Origin: Bacillota bacterium
GTDB lineage: Bacteria > Bacillota > Clostridia > Oscillospirales > Acutalibacteraceae
DNA: 59,941 bases
Assembly: GCA_023460155.1 (NCBI GenBank)
Contig: JAEWRF010000228.1
Span: forward strand, 1 to 59,941
Direction of reading: 5' to 3'
Shown: piece by piece, positions 50,305 through 59,941 of the stretch
Numbering within the stretch: position 1 is the first letter of the stretch
Layout of the letters: every line of letters starts with the position of its first letter
The notes under the pieces: generated by a model
Told to the model about the DNA's origin: nothing
Databases searched by the model: none
Seen by the model: the letters and a program-made list of their open reading frames with translations, nothing else
Position numbers and translations under genes: made by a program

Positions 50305-51549
50305 TTATCGAATCTGCCCGTTGCCGCGGATCACGAACTTGGTGGAGGTCAGCTCCCCTGCCCCCATCGGGCCGCGCGCGTGCAGCTTCTGCGTCGAAAT
50401 TCCGATCTCCGCGCCGAGGCCGAACACGCCGCCGTCCGTAAAACGCGTGGAGGCGTTTACATAGACCGCAGCGGAATCCACCTCCGCGGCGAACCGCTCC
50501 GCGTTCTCATAGCTTTGGGTGAGGATTACCTCGCTGTGGCCGCTGGAGTACTTCGCGATGTGGGCGAGCGCCTCCTCGAGGCTGTCCACCACCTTCACGG
50601 CGAGGATATAGTCGTCATACTCGGTCGCCCAATCCTCCTCCGAAGCGGGCACGACACCCGCGCCGAGGATCGCCCGCGTCCGCTCGCAGCCGCGCAGTTC
50701 CACGTTCTTTTCCGCCAGCTTCGCCGCGATGGCAGGTAGCGCGGTTTGGGCGATATCCCGGTGAACCAACAGCGTCTCAATGGCGTTGCAGACGGAAGGA
50801 CGCGATGTTTTTGCGTTAAATACGACCGAAACCGCCGTCGAAAGATCCGCCGAGGCATCCACAAACGCGTGGCAGTTGCCCCAGCCCGTTTCAATGACCG
50901 GAACGCGGGAGTTTTCCACCACTGATTTGATCAGTCCCCTCCCGCCGCGCGGAATCAGAACGTCGAGGTATCCCCTGAGGCGCATCAGCTCCACCGCGGA
51001 TTCCCGGGAGGTATCCTTTATAAGCTGAATGCAGTCCTCCGGCAGCCCCGCTTCCTTTGCCGCCGCGCGCATTGCATCGGCGACGGCGGTGTTGGAGTGA
51101 ATCGCTTCTTTTCCGCCGCGCAGGATCACCGCGTTGCCGGCCTTCAGACAGAGAACGGCCGCGTCGGAGGTCACGTTCGGGCGCGCCTCGTAGATGATGC
51201 CAATCACGCCGAGCGGAACGCGGACCTGTTCGATCCGCAGACCGTTGGGGCGCACTCCTCCGGACACAATTTCGCCGATCGGGTCCTTCTGCGCTGCGAC
51301 GGCGCGGATCCCCCCGGCCATCTCCCGCACCCGCCGCTCCGTCAGGGTCAGCCGGTCCAGCAATGCCTCGCTCATCCCGTTTGCGCGCGCGGCTTCCGTA
51401 TCCAGCCGGTTCGCCTCCAGAATCTCCGGCAGGGCCTGCTCCAGTGCGAGCGCCATCTTCTGCAGCGCCGCGTCCTTCAGGGGGCCGGCCTGCGCGAGAA
51501 AGCGCGCGGCTTCTCTGGCATTCTTACCCATTGCTTCCAGTTGAGTCAT
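50305..51549 (-). CDS. proA: Gamma-glutamyl phosphate reductase
   Basis: 'IYEARPNVT', 'RPSVCNA', 'ISTQKLHARGPMG'. Confidence 0.98.
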   Translation of the reverse strand: MTQLEAMGKNAREAARFLAQAGPLKDAALQKMALALEQALPEILEANRLDTEAARANGMSEALLDRLTLTERRVREMAGGIRAVAAQKDPIGEIVSGGVRPNGLRIEQVRVPLGVIGIIYEARPNVTSDAAVLCLKAGNAVILRGGKEAIHSNTAVADAMRAAAKEAGLPEDCIQLIKDTSRESAVELMRLRGYLDVLIPRGGRGLIKSVVENSRVPVIETGWGNCHAFVDASADLSTAVSVVFNAKTSRPSVCNAIETLLVHRDIAQTALPAIAAKLAEKNVELRGCERTRAILGAGVVPASEEDWATEYDDYILAVKVVDSLEEALAHIAKYSSGHSEVILTQSYENAERFAAEVDSAAVYVNASTRFTDGGVFGLGAEIGISTQKLHARGPMGAGELTSTKFVIRGNGQIR

Positions 51550-51590
51550 AAATAAACCCCCATTTAGTTGAGCGATGCTTTATTATTATC

Positions 51591-52391
51591 TTATCGCGGC
51601 GAACCGCAGAAAAAGGTCCCAATTTGCACCCCATCGAACAGGTCGTACAGTTTTTCCGGGGCCGCTCCGCTCAGGATGCAGCAGCCGATGCCCGCGCCGT
51701 TTACCGTAGCGGCGGCTTCCACCTTGCTGCGCATTCCGCCTGTTCCGCGGTTCGATCCGGTTCCACCCGCCAGCGCCCGGATTTCCTCGGTCACCTCCGC
51801 CACATAGGGGATCCGCTTCGCGGTGGAGTCGGAGCGCGGGTTCTTATCGTACAGCCCGTCGATATCCGTCAGAATAACCAGCAGATCCGCCCCGACCAGC
51901 TTGGCAACGATTGCGGAGAGCGTGTCGTTGTCGCCGATCTGATTTCCGACCAGCTCGTCGACCGCCACCGTATCATTCTCGTTTACGATCGGGATAATAT
52001 CCATGTGCAGCAGTTCCTGAAAGGTGTTTTCCGTGTTGACGCGGTTGCGCCCGTTCGCAACGTCGTCCCCGGTCAGCAGCACCTGAGCCACCGTGCGGTT
52101 ATACTCGCCGAAAAATTTGTCGTAGGTGAACATCAGCTCGCACTGCCCTACGGCCGCCACCGCCTGCCGCTTTTCAGTCTCCTGCGGGCGTTCCCTGAGC
52201 CCCAGCTTCCCGACCCCGACGCCAATTGCTCCCGACGTGACCAGGATCACCTCTTTGCCCGAGTTCTGCAGGTCGCTCAGCACCCTGCAAAGGCGCTCGA
52301 TGCGCCGCAAATTGAGCTTCCCGCTTTCATAGGTCAGCGTGGACGTGCCAACTTTAACGACAATCCGCTTTGACTGTGTGATGCTCGACAT
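51591..52391 (-). CDS. proB: Glutamate 5-kinase (no PUA domain)
   Basis: 'VVKVGTS', 'NENDTV', 'GDNDTLSA', 'GTGGM'. Confidence 0.97.
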   Translation of the reverse strand: MSSITQSKRIVVKVGTSTLTYESGKLNLRRIERLCRVLSDLQNSGKEVILVTSGAIGVGVGKLGLRERPQETEKRQAVAAVGQCELMFTYDKFFGEYNRTVAQVLLTGDDVANGRNRVNTENTFQELLHMDIIPIVNENDTVAVDELVGNQIGDNDTLSAIVAKLVGADLLVILTDIDGLYDKNPRSDSTAKRIPYVAEVTEEIRALAGGTGSNRGTGGMRSKVEAAATVNGAGIGCCILSGAAPEKLYDLFDGVQIGTFFCGSPR

Positions 52392-52579
52392 AATCCGACT
52401 CCCTTTGCCCTTCGTCATATTTAGAATTTATTATAACATAAAACGCCGGGTTGGGGAAGCGATCTTCGTCTACGAAAAAGTTTCAAAATGAGGATTCCCA
52501 AAATAAAGGAATTTTTATCATCGTTTTGTAATCTAACGGTGAACCAAAATTCGGTAAACTCATAACAGGAGGAATAAAC

Positions 52580-52888
52580 ATGATATTTGACTTCGGATAC
52601 CGGCTCCGTGAACTGCGGGTCAGCAAAAACCTGACTCAGGCGCAGGTTGCAAGCCGGCTGAATCTCTCCAAGACCACGATCAGCGGTTACGAAAACAACA
52701 TCAAGACGCCGTCCCTCGACATGCTGGTCAACCTCTCCATCCTCTACGGAGTGACATCGGATTACATTTTAGGCATTGACAACCGCAGGATGCTGATGAC
52801 CGAGGGGCTGACCCAAAGGCAGCAGGAGATTGTAAAGGAACTCGTGGACGAGTTTATGAACGAAAGGCGAAAGAACTCTCTGGGATAA
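52580..52888 (+). CDS. XRE family HTH regulator
   Basis: 'LTQAQVA', 'ISGYEN', 'SDYILG'. Confidence 0.9.
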   Translation: MIFDFGYRLRELRVSKNLTQAQVASRLNLSKTTISGYENNIKTPSLDMLVNLSILYGVTSDYILGIDNRRMLMTEGLTQRQQEIVKELVDEFMNERRKNSLG

Positions 52889-53056
52889 CAGGATGTACGG
52901 GGGAAGGGCAGCACCCGGTTTCACCGCACGAAAAGCACGCGTCCCGACCGGAATTTCCTGACCGTTCGGAACGCGTGCTTTCTATGGGAACTCTGACTTC
53001 CGAGCGGTCGGACAGGGTATAAAAAGAGCGCAGCCTTTCGGCTGCGCCCGGATATT

Positions 53057-55273
53057 TTATTCCTTCGGTCTCGGCTTGTTCAGGTTGGGACGGAACCCGT
53101 TGGAGCCCCGATGGTCGTCACGGCGCGGCATGGGGCGGCGCGGCATGCGTTCCTCCGGCTCGTTTTCGGGCACAAGACCCTCCACTTCGATCAGGGCGTC
53201 GCGGCGGGACAGGTTCAGTCTGCCCTTGTCGTCGATGTTGAGCACCTTAACCATCACTTCGTCGCCGGCGTTGACCACGTCGGTCACCTTATCGACGCGC
53301 TTGACGTCAAGCTGCGAAATGTGCACAAGGCCTTCCTTGCCCGGGGCGATTTCGACGAACGCGCCGAAATCCATCAGGCGGGTAACCTTGCCGTTGTAGA
53401 TGGCGCCGGGCTCCGGATCGTTCGCGATGGTGTCGATGATGGTCATGGCGCGTTTGCAGTTCTCGGCGTCGATGCCGGAAACGAACACGTGGCCGTCTTC
53501 CTCCACATCCACCTTGACGTCGCATTCCGCGCAGATCTTCTGGATCACCTTGCCGCCGGAACCGATGACCTCGCGGATCTTATCCACCGGGATCACGGTG
53601 GAAAGCATCTTCGGCGCGTAGGGAGAAAGCTCCTTGCGCGGCTCCGGAATCGCTTTCAGCATAATCTCATCGAGGATATAATTCCTCGCCTTGTGGGTTT
53701 TATAAAGGGCTTCTTTAATCATATCGGGGGTCAGGCCGCTGATCTTCAGGTCCATCTGGATGGCGGTGATGCCGTCATGCGTTCCGGCAACCTTGAAATC
53801 CATATCGCCGAAGAAATCTTCCACGCCCTGGATGTCCACCATGGTCATCCAGCGCTCGCCCTCGGTGATGAGGCCGCAGGAAATTCCCGCAACCGGGGAT
53901 TTGATCGGCACGCCCGCGTCCATCAGAGCCAGCGTCGAGCCGCAGATGGAAGCCTGCGAGGTCGAGCCGTTGGAGGAAAGCACCTCCGAAACCAGACGGT
54001 ACGAATACGGGAACTCCTCCACCGACGGAATCACGGGGAGCAGCGCGCGCTCGGCGAGTGCGCCGTGGCCGATTTCGCGGCGGCCCGGGCCGCGGCTCGG
54101 TTTCGTTTCGCCCACGGAATAGGAAGGCATATTGTACTGGTGCATATAGCGCTTATCTTCCTGCTCGTCGATGCCGTCAAAGGACTGGGCGTCGCTGACG
54201 GGACCGAGGGTGGCAATCGTGAGCACCTGGGTCTGGCCGCGGGTGAACATTCCGGAGCCGTGTACGCGCGGCAGGATGCCGACTTCCGCCGCGAGCGGGC
54301 GGATCTCATCCATTTTCCGGCCGTCCACGCGCTTCTGCTCATCGAGAAGCCAGCGGCGGACAACGTATTTCTGGGTTTTATACATGCACTCGTCGATCTT
54401 TGCCTGCTGGTCGGGGTAGACCTCGTCGAACTTCTCATGGACCTTCTCGTAGATCGGCTTCATGCGTTCGTCGCGGACATTCTTGTCGTCGGTGTCAAGC
54501 GCGTGGCGCACGTCTTCCAGTGCGAAGCTCTTGACGGCCTCCAGCATATCGGCGTCCGGCTCAAGGCTCGGGTATTCGAACTTCGGCTTCCCGATCTCGG
54601 CCTTAATGGAATTGATGAATTCAATAATGGCCTGATTCGCCTTGTGCCCGGCCATAATGCCGCTGTACATGATGTCGTCCGGAATCTCGTCCGCGCCGGC
54701 CTCGATCATGGCGATGCGGTCGGAGGTGGAGGCAACGGTGACGGCCATCTTCGAATTTTTGCGCTGTTCAGCGTTCGGGTTAATGACGTATTCGTTGTCC
54801 ACATATCCGACGGAAACGCCCGAGATGGGGCCGTTCCACGGAATATCCGAAATGCTGATGGCAATGGAGGTGCCGACCATCGCCGCAATTTCCGGCTGGC
54901 AGTCGTGGTCCACGCTCATCACCGTGCAGACGACGGAAACGTCGTTGCGCAGATCCTTCGGGAACAGCGGGCGGATCGGGCGGTCGATCACGCGCGAGGT
55001 CAGGATGGCCTTGTCGCTCGGACGGCCTTCCCTCTTCAGATAGGAACCGGGAATCTTGCCCACCGAATACAGCTTTTCCTCAAAATCAACGGAAAGCGGG
55101 AAGAAATCCACGCCATCACGCGGCTTCGAGGAAGCGGTAACGGCCACATGAACCACGGTTTCGCCGTAGCGCACCAGGCACTCGCCGTTGGCGAGCTGCG
55201 CCATTTTACCGGTTTCCACCACAAGCGGGCGGCCGGCAAAGTCCGTTTTGTAGACTCTGTAATTTTCGAACAT
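53057..55273 (-). CDS. pnp: Polyribonucleotide nucleotidyltransferase
   Basis: 'RREIGHGALAE', 'GDMDFKVAG', KH and S1 domains. Confidence 0.99.
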   Translation of the reverse strand: MFENYRVYKTDFAGRPLVVETGKMAQLANGECLVRYGETVVHVAVTASSKPRDGVDFFPLSVDFEEKLYSVGKIPGSYLKREGRPSDKAILTSRVIDRPIRPLFPKDLRNDVSVVCTVMSVDHDCQPEIAAMVGTSIAISISDIPWNGPISGVSVGYVDNEYVINPNAEQRKNSKMAVTVASTSDRIAMIEAGADEIPDDIMYSGIMAGHKANQAIIEFINSIKAEIGKPKFEYPSLEPDADMLEAVKSFALEDVRHALDTDDKNVRDERMKPIYEKVHEKFDEVYPDQQAKIDECMYKTQKYVVRRWLLDEQKRVDGRKMDEIRPLAAEVGILPRVHGSGMFTRGQTQVLTIATLGPVSDAQSFDGIDEQEDKRYMHQYNMPSYSVGETKPSRGPGRREIGHGALAERALLPVIPSVEEFPYSYRLVSEVLSSNGSTSQASICGSTLALMDAGVPIKSPVAGISCGLITEGERWMTMVDIQGVEDFFGDMDFKVAGTHDGITAIQMDLKISGLTPDMIKEALYKTHKARNYILDEIMLKAIPEPRKELSPYAPKMLSTVIPVDKIREVIGSGGKVIQKICAECDVKVDVEEDGHVFVSGIDAENCKRAMTIIDTIANDPEPGAIYNGKVTRLMDFGAFVEIAPGKEGLVHISQLDVKRVDKVTDVVNAGDEVMVKVLNIDDKGRLNLSRRDALIEVEGLVPENEPEERMPRRPMPRRDDHRGSNGFRPNLNKPRPKE

Positions 55274-55302
55274 TTCTTTTCCTCCGTGCGTTAATAAAAT
55301 CT

Positions 55303-55394
55303 GCGGAGGGTCCCAGGTTTAGCAATAAAACCGGCGTCTTTTCCGGCTGCCGCGAAAGGCGCCCGTTTCACTGCTAAAATCCTGTGCTCCCCGC
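55303..55394 (-). promoter_or_regulatory. Long hairpin in pnp leader
   Basis: 55314-55331 pairs with 55365-55384; mismatches become G-U on the minus strand. Confidence 0.55.
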
Positions 55395-55464
55395 TTTCCC
55401 TTACCGATTGTGCGCAAAAAGCCCGAAGGCAGGCGGCTCGCTGCCGCCTGCCTAGGTTTTTTAA

Positions 55465-55728
55465 TTACTTGCGGATGCCGAGCTTTTCAATAATCGTGCG
55501 GTACCGCGTGATGTCGCTCTTCATGAGATAGTTGAGCATATTCCTTCTCTGGCCAACCATTTTGAGGAGGCCGCGGCGGGAATGATGATCCTTTTTGTGG
55601 GCTTTGAGGTGCTCGGTCAGCGCATTGATCCGGGTCGTGAGAATCGCGATCTGAACCTCCGGCGAGCCGGTGTCTCCCTCGTGCATGGCATACTGCTGAA
55701 TGACTGCGGTTTTCTCTTCTTTTAACAT
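55465..55728 (-). CDS. rpsO: 30S ribosomal protein S15
   Basis: '[10 protein letters not shown]', 'KDHHSRRGL'. Confidence 0.99.
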   Translation of the reverse strand: MLKEEKTAVIQQYAMHEGDTGSPEVQIAILTTRINALTEHLKAHKKDHHSRRGLLKMVGQRRNMLNYLMKSDITRYRTIIEKLGIRK

Positions 55729-55739
55729 GTTTTTTCCAC

Positions 55740-55830
55740 CTTTGCATAAATTCGCCCGCATTCGCAGAACAGGGCCGGTGAAATTCTCCCGTGCGGGAGA
55801 TTCCCCCTGATCCGGGAAAGGGGTCTCATA
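55740..55830 (-). promoter_or_regulatory. Probable S15 autoregulatory leader
   Basis: Structured ~100-nt UTR after TTTACA-17-TATACT promoter (55866-55838); called by position. Confidence 0.5.
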
Positions 55831-55868
55831 TTGATTCAGTATAACACAACGATATTCTTTTGTAAACT

Positions 55869-56804
55869 CTATTTTTGCCCGGAAGGAAACGCCGTTCGAT
55901 AGAATTCGCGTGCCCTTGCGCCATCCCTCCGGATGGCCTCGCGGAGCTCGTCGATTCCGCCGAAGCGGCGCTCCGGCCGCAGGAAGCGGAGCAGCTCCGT
56001 GCGGACGGTCTTCCCGTAAAGCTCGGGGCCCTTGTAATCCGGCATCCAGGTTTCGACCCAGACGGCGTCGGAGCCGACCGTGGGCTTTACCCCCACGTTG
56101 GTCACCCCCGCGTACTGCGCGCCGCCCGGCAGCGTCACCTTGGAAACGTAAACGCCGAACCTCGGCAGAACAAAGCCCTCCGGCGCCGCCTGATTGAGCG
56201 TCGGCGTCCCGAGCTGCCGCCCGAGCTGCCGCCCGTGCAGAACGGGGGACTCATAGGAAAACGTCCGGCCGAGCAGGTCTGCGGCCTCTTCCACGCGCCC
56301 GTTTTCAATGAGCCCGCGGATGCGGGTCGAGCTGACCGGGGTTCCCCCCGCCATCACGGCCTCGGCCACGGCGGTGCGGATTCCTTCTTCGGCGCAGAGC
56401 TGGCAAAGCGTTTCGCTCCCCGCCGTTCCGCCCCTGCCGAAGGTGAAATTGAAGCCGCAGCAGGCTTTTTTCGCGCGGAGGGTCCCCCCGAGAACGTTCC
56501 GGACGAATTCCTCCGCGCTGAGGTCCCGGACGGATTCAAAATCGAGCAGATACAGCTGTTCGACGCCGAGCTGTCCGAGAACGCGGATCTTTTCCGCGCG
56601 GGAAAGGATCTTCCCGCCCGATTCCCCGCCCAGCGCTTCCAGCGGGTTCGCGGAAAACGTCAGCACGGTGGGCACCAGGCCGTTCGGGATCTCCTCCAGA
56701 GCGAGGGAAATCACCTTTCGGTGCCCGAGGTGCACCCCGTCAAAATTCCCGAGTGCAACGGCGGTCTCCCGCTCCGAAGGCGTCAGCTTCTCAAATATTT
56801 TCAT
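55869..56804 (-). CDS. ribF: Riboflavin kinase/FAD synthetase
   Basis: '[10 protein letters not shown]', 'SSTRIR', 'PTLN', 'NVGVKPT'. Confidence 0.96.
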   Translation of the reverse strand: MKIFEKLTPSERETAVALGNFDGVHLGHRKVISLALEEIPNGLVPTVLTFSANPLEALGGESGGKILSRAEKIRVLGQLGVEQLYLLDFESVRDLSAEEFVRNVLGGTLRAKKACCGFNFTFGRGGTAGSETLCQLCAEEGIRTAVAEAVMAGGTPVSSTRIRGLIENGRVEEAADLLGRTFSYESPVLHGRQLGRQLGTPTLNQAAPEGFVLPRFGVYVSKVTLPGGAQYAGVTNVGVKPTVGSDAVWVETWMPDYKGPELYGKTVRTELLRFLRPERRFGGIDELREAIRRDGARAREFYRTAFPSGQK

Positions 56805-56807
56805 GAA

Positions 56808-57752
56808 TCATTCCCTATTCTCTCCAAAAACGGATTCGCTATCCGCGTTCCGGCAAAACAGGCGCAGAATGCCCAGCTCGCCCCGCTCCGCCGAAACGCG
56901 CCCCAGCCCGAGGAACGCCCCCTGCGGGGAATGGACGCGGTAAACGGTGCCGTCCGCCGGGAGCTCCTGTGCAAGGGACGTGCGCTCCAGCGAAAGCGCG
57001 CCGCCGTTCGCGAAGCGCACCGCCTGCGGGGAAGTCACCCGAAGCGCGGGATGCTCCGAAAACAGCGATTCCACGGGCAGCAGGCGCTCCGCGAGCCGCC
57101 CCTCGGCGGCAAGCGCCTTCGCGCCGTCAAGAGTGACGGCATCGGCAAGGGAAAAGCCCGCCGCGCGCGTGCGCCTTAGGGCGGTCATCACACCGAGTGT
57201 GCCCAGTGCCTCGCCGAGGTCGGCGCACAGGGTACGGATGTAAGTGCCCTTCGAACACGAAACCGTGAGCTTTCCGGTCTGCGTTTCTTCGTCGAAGGCG
57301 GTCAGCTCCAGTTTATAAATCGTCACGGGGCGGCTTTCCCGCTCCACGACGATGCCTTTTCGGGCGAGGTCGTACAGGCGCTGCCCGCCCACGCTTACGG
57401 CGGAAACCATCGGAGGAACCTGCCGGATGTCCCCGCGGAAGCGCGAAAGAGCTTCCTCCACCTGCCGCGCCGATACGCGTGTTTCACTTTGGGCCACGGT
57501 TTTCCCCGTGGAATCCTGCGTATCCGTCGCTATCCCGAAGCGGAAGCCCGCCTCGTACTCTTTGTCGGTATCCTCCAGGAGTGCTAATGCACGCGTCGCG
57601 TTCCCGAGGAGGAGCGGCAGCACGCCGGTTGCCATCGGGTCCAGCGTGCCCGTGTGGCCGATCTTCCGTTCCCGGCACAGCCCGCGCATGACGGCCACCG
57701 CGTCGAACGAGGTAAACCCCGCAGGTTTGTCAAGAATCAGTACGCCGTTCAA
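56808..57752 (-). CDS. truB: tRNA pseudouridine(55) synthase
   Basis: 'GHTGTLDPMATGVL', 'CSKGTYIR'. Confidence 0.98.
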   Translation of the reverse strand: MNGVLILDKPAGFTSFDAVAVMRGLCRERKIGHTGTLDPMATGVLPLLLGNATRALALLEDTDKEYEAGFRFGIATDTQDSTGKTVAQSETRVSARQVEEALSRFRGDIRQVPPMVSAVSVGGQRLYDLARKGIVVERESRPVTIYKLELTAFDEETQTGKLTVSCSKGTYIRTLCADLGEALGTLGVMTALRRTRAAGFSLADAVTLDGAKALAAEGRLAERLLPVESLFSEHPALRVTSPQAVRFANGGALSLERTSLAQELPADGTVYRVHSPQGAFLGLGRVSAERGELGILRLFCRNADSESVFGENRE

Positions 57753-57790
57753 ATCTCCACCCCATTGTCAGAATTCGCAAAAGCTCCGCT

Positions 57791-58339
57791 TTACCAGGTT
57801 TCGTAACGAACCAGCTCTTCCATCGGCTTCCGCGGGCGCGGGGCGGGGGCTTCGTCGGGATACCCGAGCGTAAGAACGCAGCAGACGTACTTGTCCTCCG
57901 GAATGTTCAGAACCGGGCGGATTTCCTTTTGCTCGTACCACCCCGTCCAGCAGGTGCCGAGGCCCTGCGAAACGGCTTCCAGCGCCATATGCTCCACCGC
58001 GATGGAGGCGTCCCGGATGACCCGCTTCAGGCTTGATTCAGGGCTTTCCTCATCCACCGAAAACACCGCGCCCTCTCCGCCGTTTTCCATCTGGCAGCGG
58101 GGATCCGCGACGCAGACAATGAAAACGGGGGCAGAAAGCATCCAGCTCTGATTGTGGTCCGCAAGGCAGAGCTTTTCCCGCGTTTCCTTGGAACGCACGA
58201 CGAGAAAGCTCCAGGGCTGGGTATTGCTGCCCGAGGGCGCGAGGCGCCCGCTTTCCAGAATATCGTTCAGCACGTCTTCCGGAACCGGTTTGTCCTTATA
58301 TTTCCGGATGCTCCGCCGGTCTTCGATCTCTTTGAGCAT
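57791..58339 (-). CDS. Nitroreductase family protein
   Basis: 'RRSIRKY', 'APSGSNTQPW', 'GLGTCW'. Confidence 0.92.
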   Translation of the reverse strand: MLKEIEDRRSIRKYKDKPVPEDVLNDILESGRLAPSGSNTQPWSFLVVRSKETREKLCLADHNQSWMLSAPVFIVCVADPRCQMENGGEGAVFSVDEESPESSLKRVIRDASIAVEHMALEAVSQGLGTCWTGWYEQKEIRPVLNIPEDKYVCCVLTLGYPDEAPAPRPRKPMEELVRYETW

Positions 58340-58395
58340 GAGGGTCCCTCCTTTTCAGTTGAAAAGAAACACAGACCCCGAAGGGGGCCTGTCCT

Positions 58396-59349
58396 TTATT
58401 GGTGTGCTTCGATGTACTCCCTAACCGCTCCGAGCAGAGCGGCCTTCGCCTCCGCGAGCGGCATGCAGAGGGTGCAGCCCGCCGCGCCTTTATGACCGCC
58501 GCCGCCGAATTTTTCGCAGATATGGGAGGCGTTTGCCGGCGGACGTGCCCGCAGGGAAACTTTCCATGCGCCGTCTTCTTTTTCGCGCAGGGTCACGCCG
58601 ATCTCCACACCCTCGATCTCGCGCGGGATGGTGGCGAGGCCGTCGAGGTCGTCCTCTTTCGCTCCGGATTCTGCGATCATCTGCCGGGTGATCTCAATCA
58701 CGGCGACTCTGCCGCCGCAGTCGTAGACGATGGAATCCAGCACCCGGCGCTCCATGTCGAGCCGCGCGCGGCTTTTGGTGTCGAACATGGCGCGGTTGAT
58801 GCCCGGGGCGTCGATGCCCGTCTCCACAAGGTCCGCCGCGATGCGGTAGGTGGTCGGGGTAACGTTCACGTATTTAAAACAGCCGGTGTCGGTTGTGATG
58901 CCCGTGAAAAGCGCCGCGGCAATGGGCTGATCGATCGGCACGCCCATTCGCAGGAGCAGGTCGAAGATCATTTCGCAGGTCGCGGCCGAGTGCGGATTCA
59001 GGAGAACCTGCTTTGCGTAGCGCGTGTTCGAGGGGTGGTGGTCGATGCAGAGGCCGATTGCTTCCCCGTATTCCGAGAGAAGCGGTTCGCCGAGCAGCGC
59101 CTTGTCCGCGATATCCACCGCAACGACGAGATCCGGCTCAAATTCGTCGTCCGGAAGGTTCTCAAACAAGAAAGCGTATTTCGGACCGATAGGGTCGGAG
59201 CAGCGCACGCGCGCGCGCTTCCCAAGCCAACGCAGCCCGCGGCAGAGCGCCGAAGCGCAGCCGAGCGTGTCGCCGTCCGGAAACTGATGGCTTAAAATCA
59301 GGGTTTTTCCGGCGCCTGCGAGCAGGCCGGCCGCTTCGTCAGCGTTCAT
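58396..59349 (-). CDS. nrnA: DHH family phosphoesterase (NrnA-like)
   Basis: 'PDGD', 'DHH', 'TDTG', 'GGGGH'. Confidence 0.88.
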   Translation of the reverse strand: MNADEAAGLLAGAGKTLILSHQFPDGDTLGCASALCRGLRWLGKRARVRCSDPIGPKYAFLFENLPDDEFEPDLVVAVDIADKALLGEPLLSEYGEAIGLCIDHHPSNTRYAKQVLLNPHSAATCEMIFDLLLRMGVPIDQPIAAALFTGITTDTGCFKYVNVTPTTYRIAADLVETGIDAPGINRAMFDTKSRARLDMERRVLDSIVYDCGGRVAVIEITRQMIAESGAKEDDLDGLATIPREIEGVEIGVTLREKEDGAWKVSLRARPPANASHICEKFGGGGHKGAAGCTLCMPLAEAKAALLGAVREYIEAHQ

Positions 59350-59698
59350 CGGGGTGCTCCTCCTTCAGTCCGTTCAGAATACGGGAAATATTCGCCCCGT
59401 ACTCAATGGAATCGGTAGCCTTGAAAATCAGCGCCGGAACCTTGCGCAGGGGCAGACGCGACCCCAGCTCGTGCCGAATGTGCCCGGATGCGGATTTTAA
59501 GCCCTCCACGGCGACCTTCGCGCGTTCCAGCCCTTCCATGGCGCTGATCTGCACCGTACAGAAGGAAAGATCGTTCGTCACTTCCACACGCACAATGCTG
59601 ATGAGCCCCTGCACGCGCGGATCCTTCAGTTCCCGCAGGATCGCCGAAAGCTCCCGGCTGATATCCTCCGTCACACGTCCCATTCTATGGCTTGCCAT
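59339..59698 (-). CDS. rbfA: Ribosome-binding factor A
   Basis: 'KDPR', 'VTNDLS', 'LRKVP', 'DSIEYG'. Confidence 0.96.
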   Translation of the reverse strand: MASHRMGRVTEDISRELSAILRELKDPRVQGLISIVRVEVTNDLSFCTVQISAMEGLERAKVAVEGLKSASGHIRHELGSRLPLRKVPALIFKATDSIEYGANISRILNGLKEEHPDER

Positions 59699-59752
59699 TT
59701 CTGCCTGTCCTCCGTAACCCGGGGCGCGGAAAACCGCGCCCCGGATGATCTG

Positions 59753-59941
59753 TTATTCCTGATATTCTTCCATTATGAAGGCTTCGAATACGTCGCCCTC
59801 GCGAAGATCGCTGTATTTCTCCAGCCCGATGCCGCAGTCGTAGCCATCCGCTACCTCCTTGACGTCGTCCTTGAAGCGCTTGAGCGAAGCAATTTTGTCC
59901 TCCGCCAGCACGATGCCGTCGCGCACAACGCGGATCTGCGC
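59753..59941 (-). CDS. infB: Translation initiation factor IF-2, 3' end (truncated)
   Basis: 'RVVRDG...[18 protein letters not shown]' C-terminus. Confidence 0.96.
   Translation of the reverse strand, partial: AQIRVVRDGIVLAEDKIASLKRFKDDVKEVADGYDCGIGLEKYSDLREGDVFEAFIMEEYQE

Noticed and set aside
52392..52579. T-box upstream of proB (and of asnB)
   Set aside because: No AAGGTGGNACCGCG-like T-box or associated terminator

Overview
GC-rich chromosomal window from a spore-forming clostridium (probably Oscillospiraceae; inferred from gene content and order). It is mostly core genes: pstSCA, the rpsT/gpr-spoIIP-lepA-hemW-hrcA-grpE-dnaK-dnaJ block, spoVAE, asnB, mnmA, galKTE, a germinant receptor operon, secA, pgm, proBA and infB-rbfA-DHH-truB-ribF-rpsO-pnp. 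I found no CRISPR array, rRNA, tRNA, transposase or prophage. The most interesting signals are non-coding. (1) A dispersed ~85-bp intergenic element has at least 7 full copies with a near-fixed geometry (6-bp stem, 32-33 nt loop, 8-9 nt linker, 6-bp/3-nt hairpin) and compensatory base changes; it often occurs as inverted doublets abutting stop codons. (2) An orphan locus at 21.1-21.6 kb has convergent promoters and terminators, suggesting a sense/antisense RNA pair. (3) An Lsa-type ABC-F gene with a uORF attenuator sits back-to-back with a LexA-box-preceded radical SAM/DUF4130 operon. (4) The germinant receptor operon has three tandem B subunits that all appear to start at CTG. (5) A three-gene hypothetical operon follows a sigma-E-like promoter. 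All calls were made by eye, without database searches.
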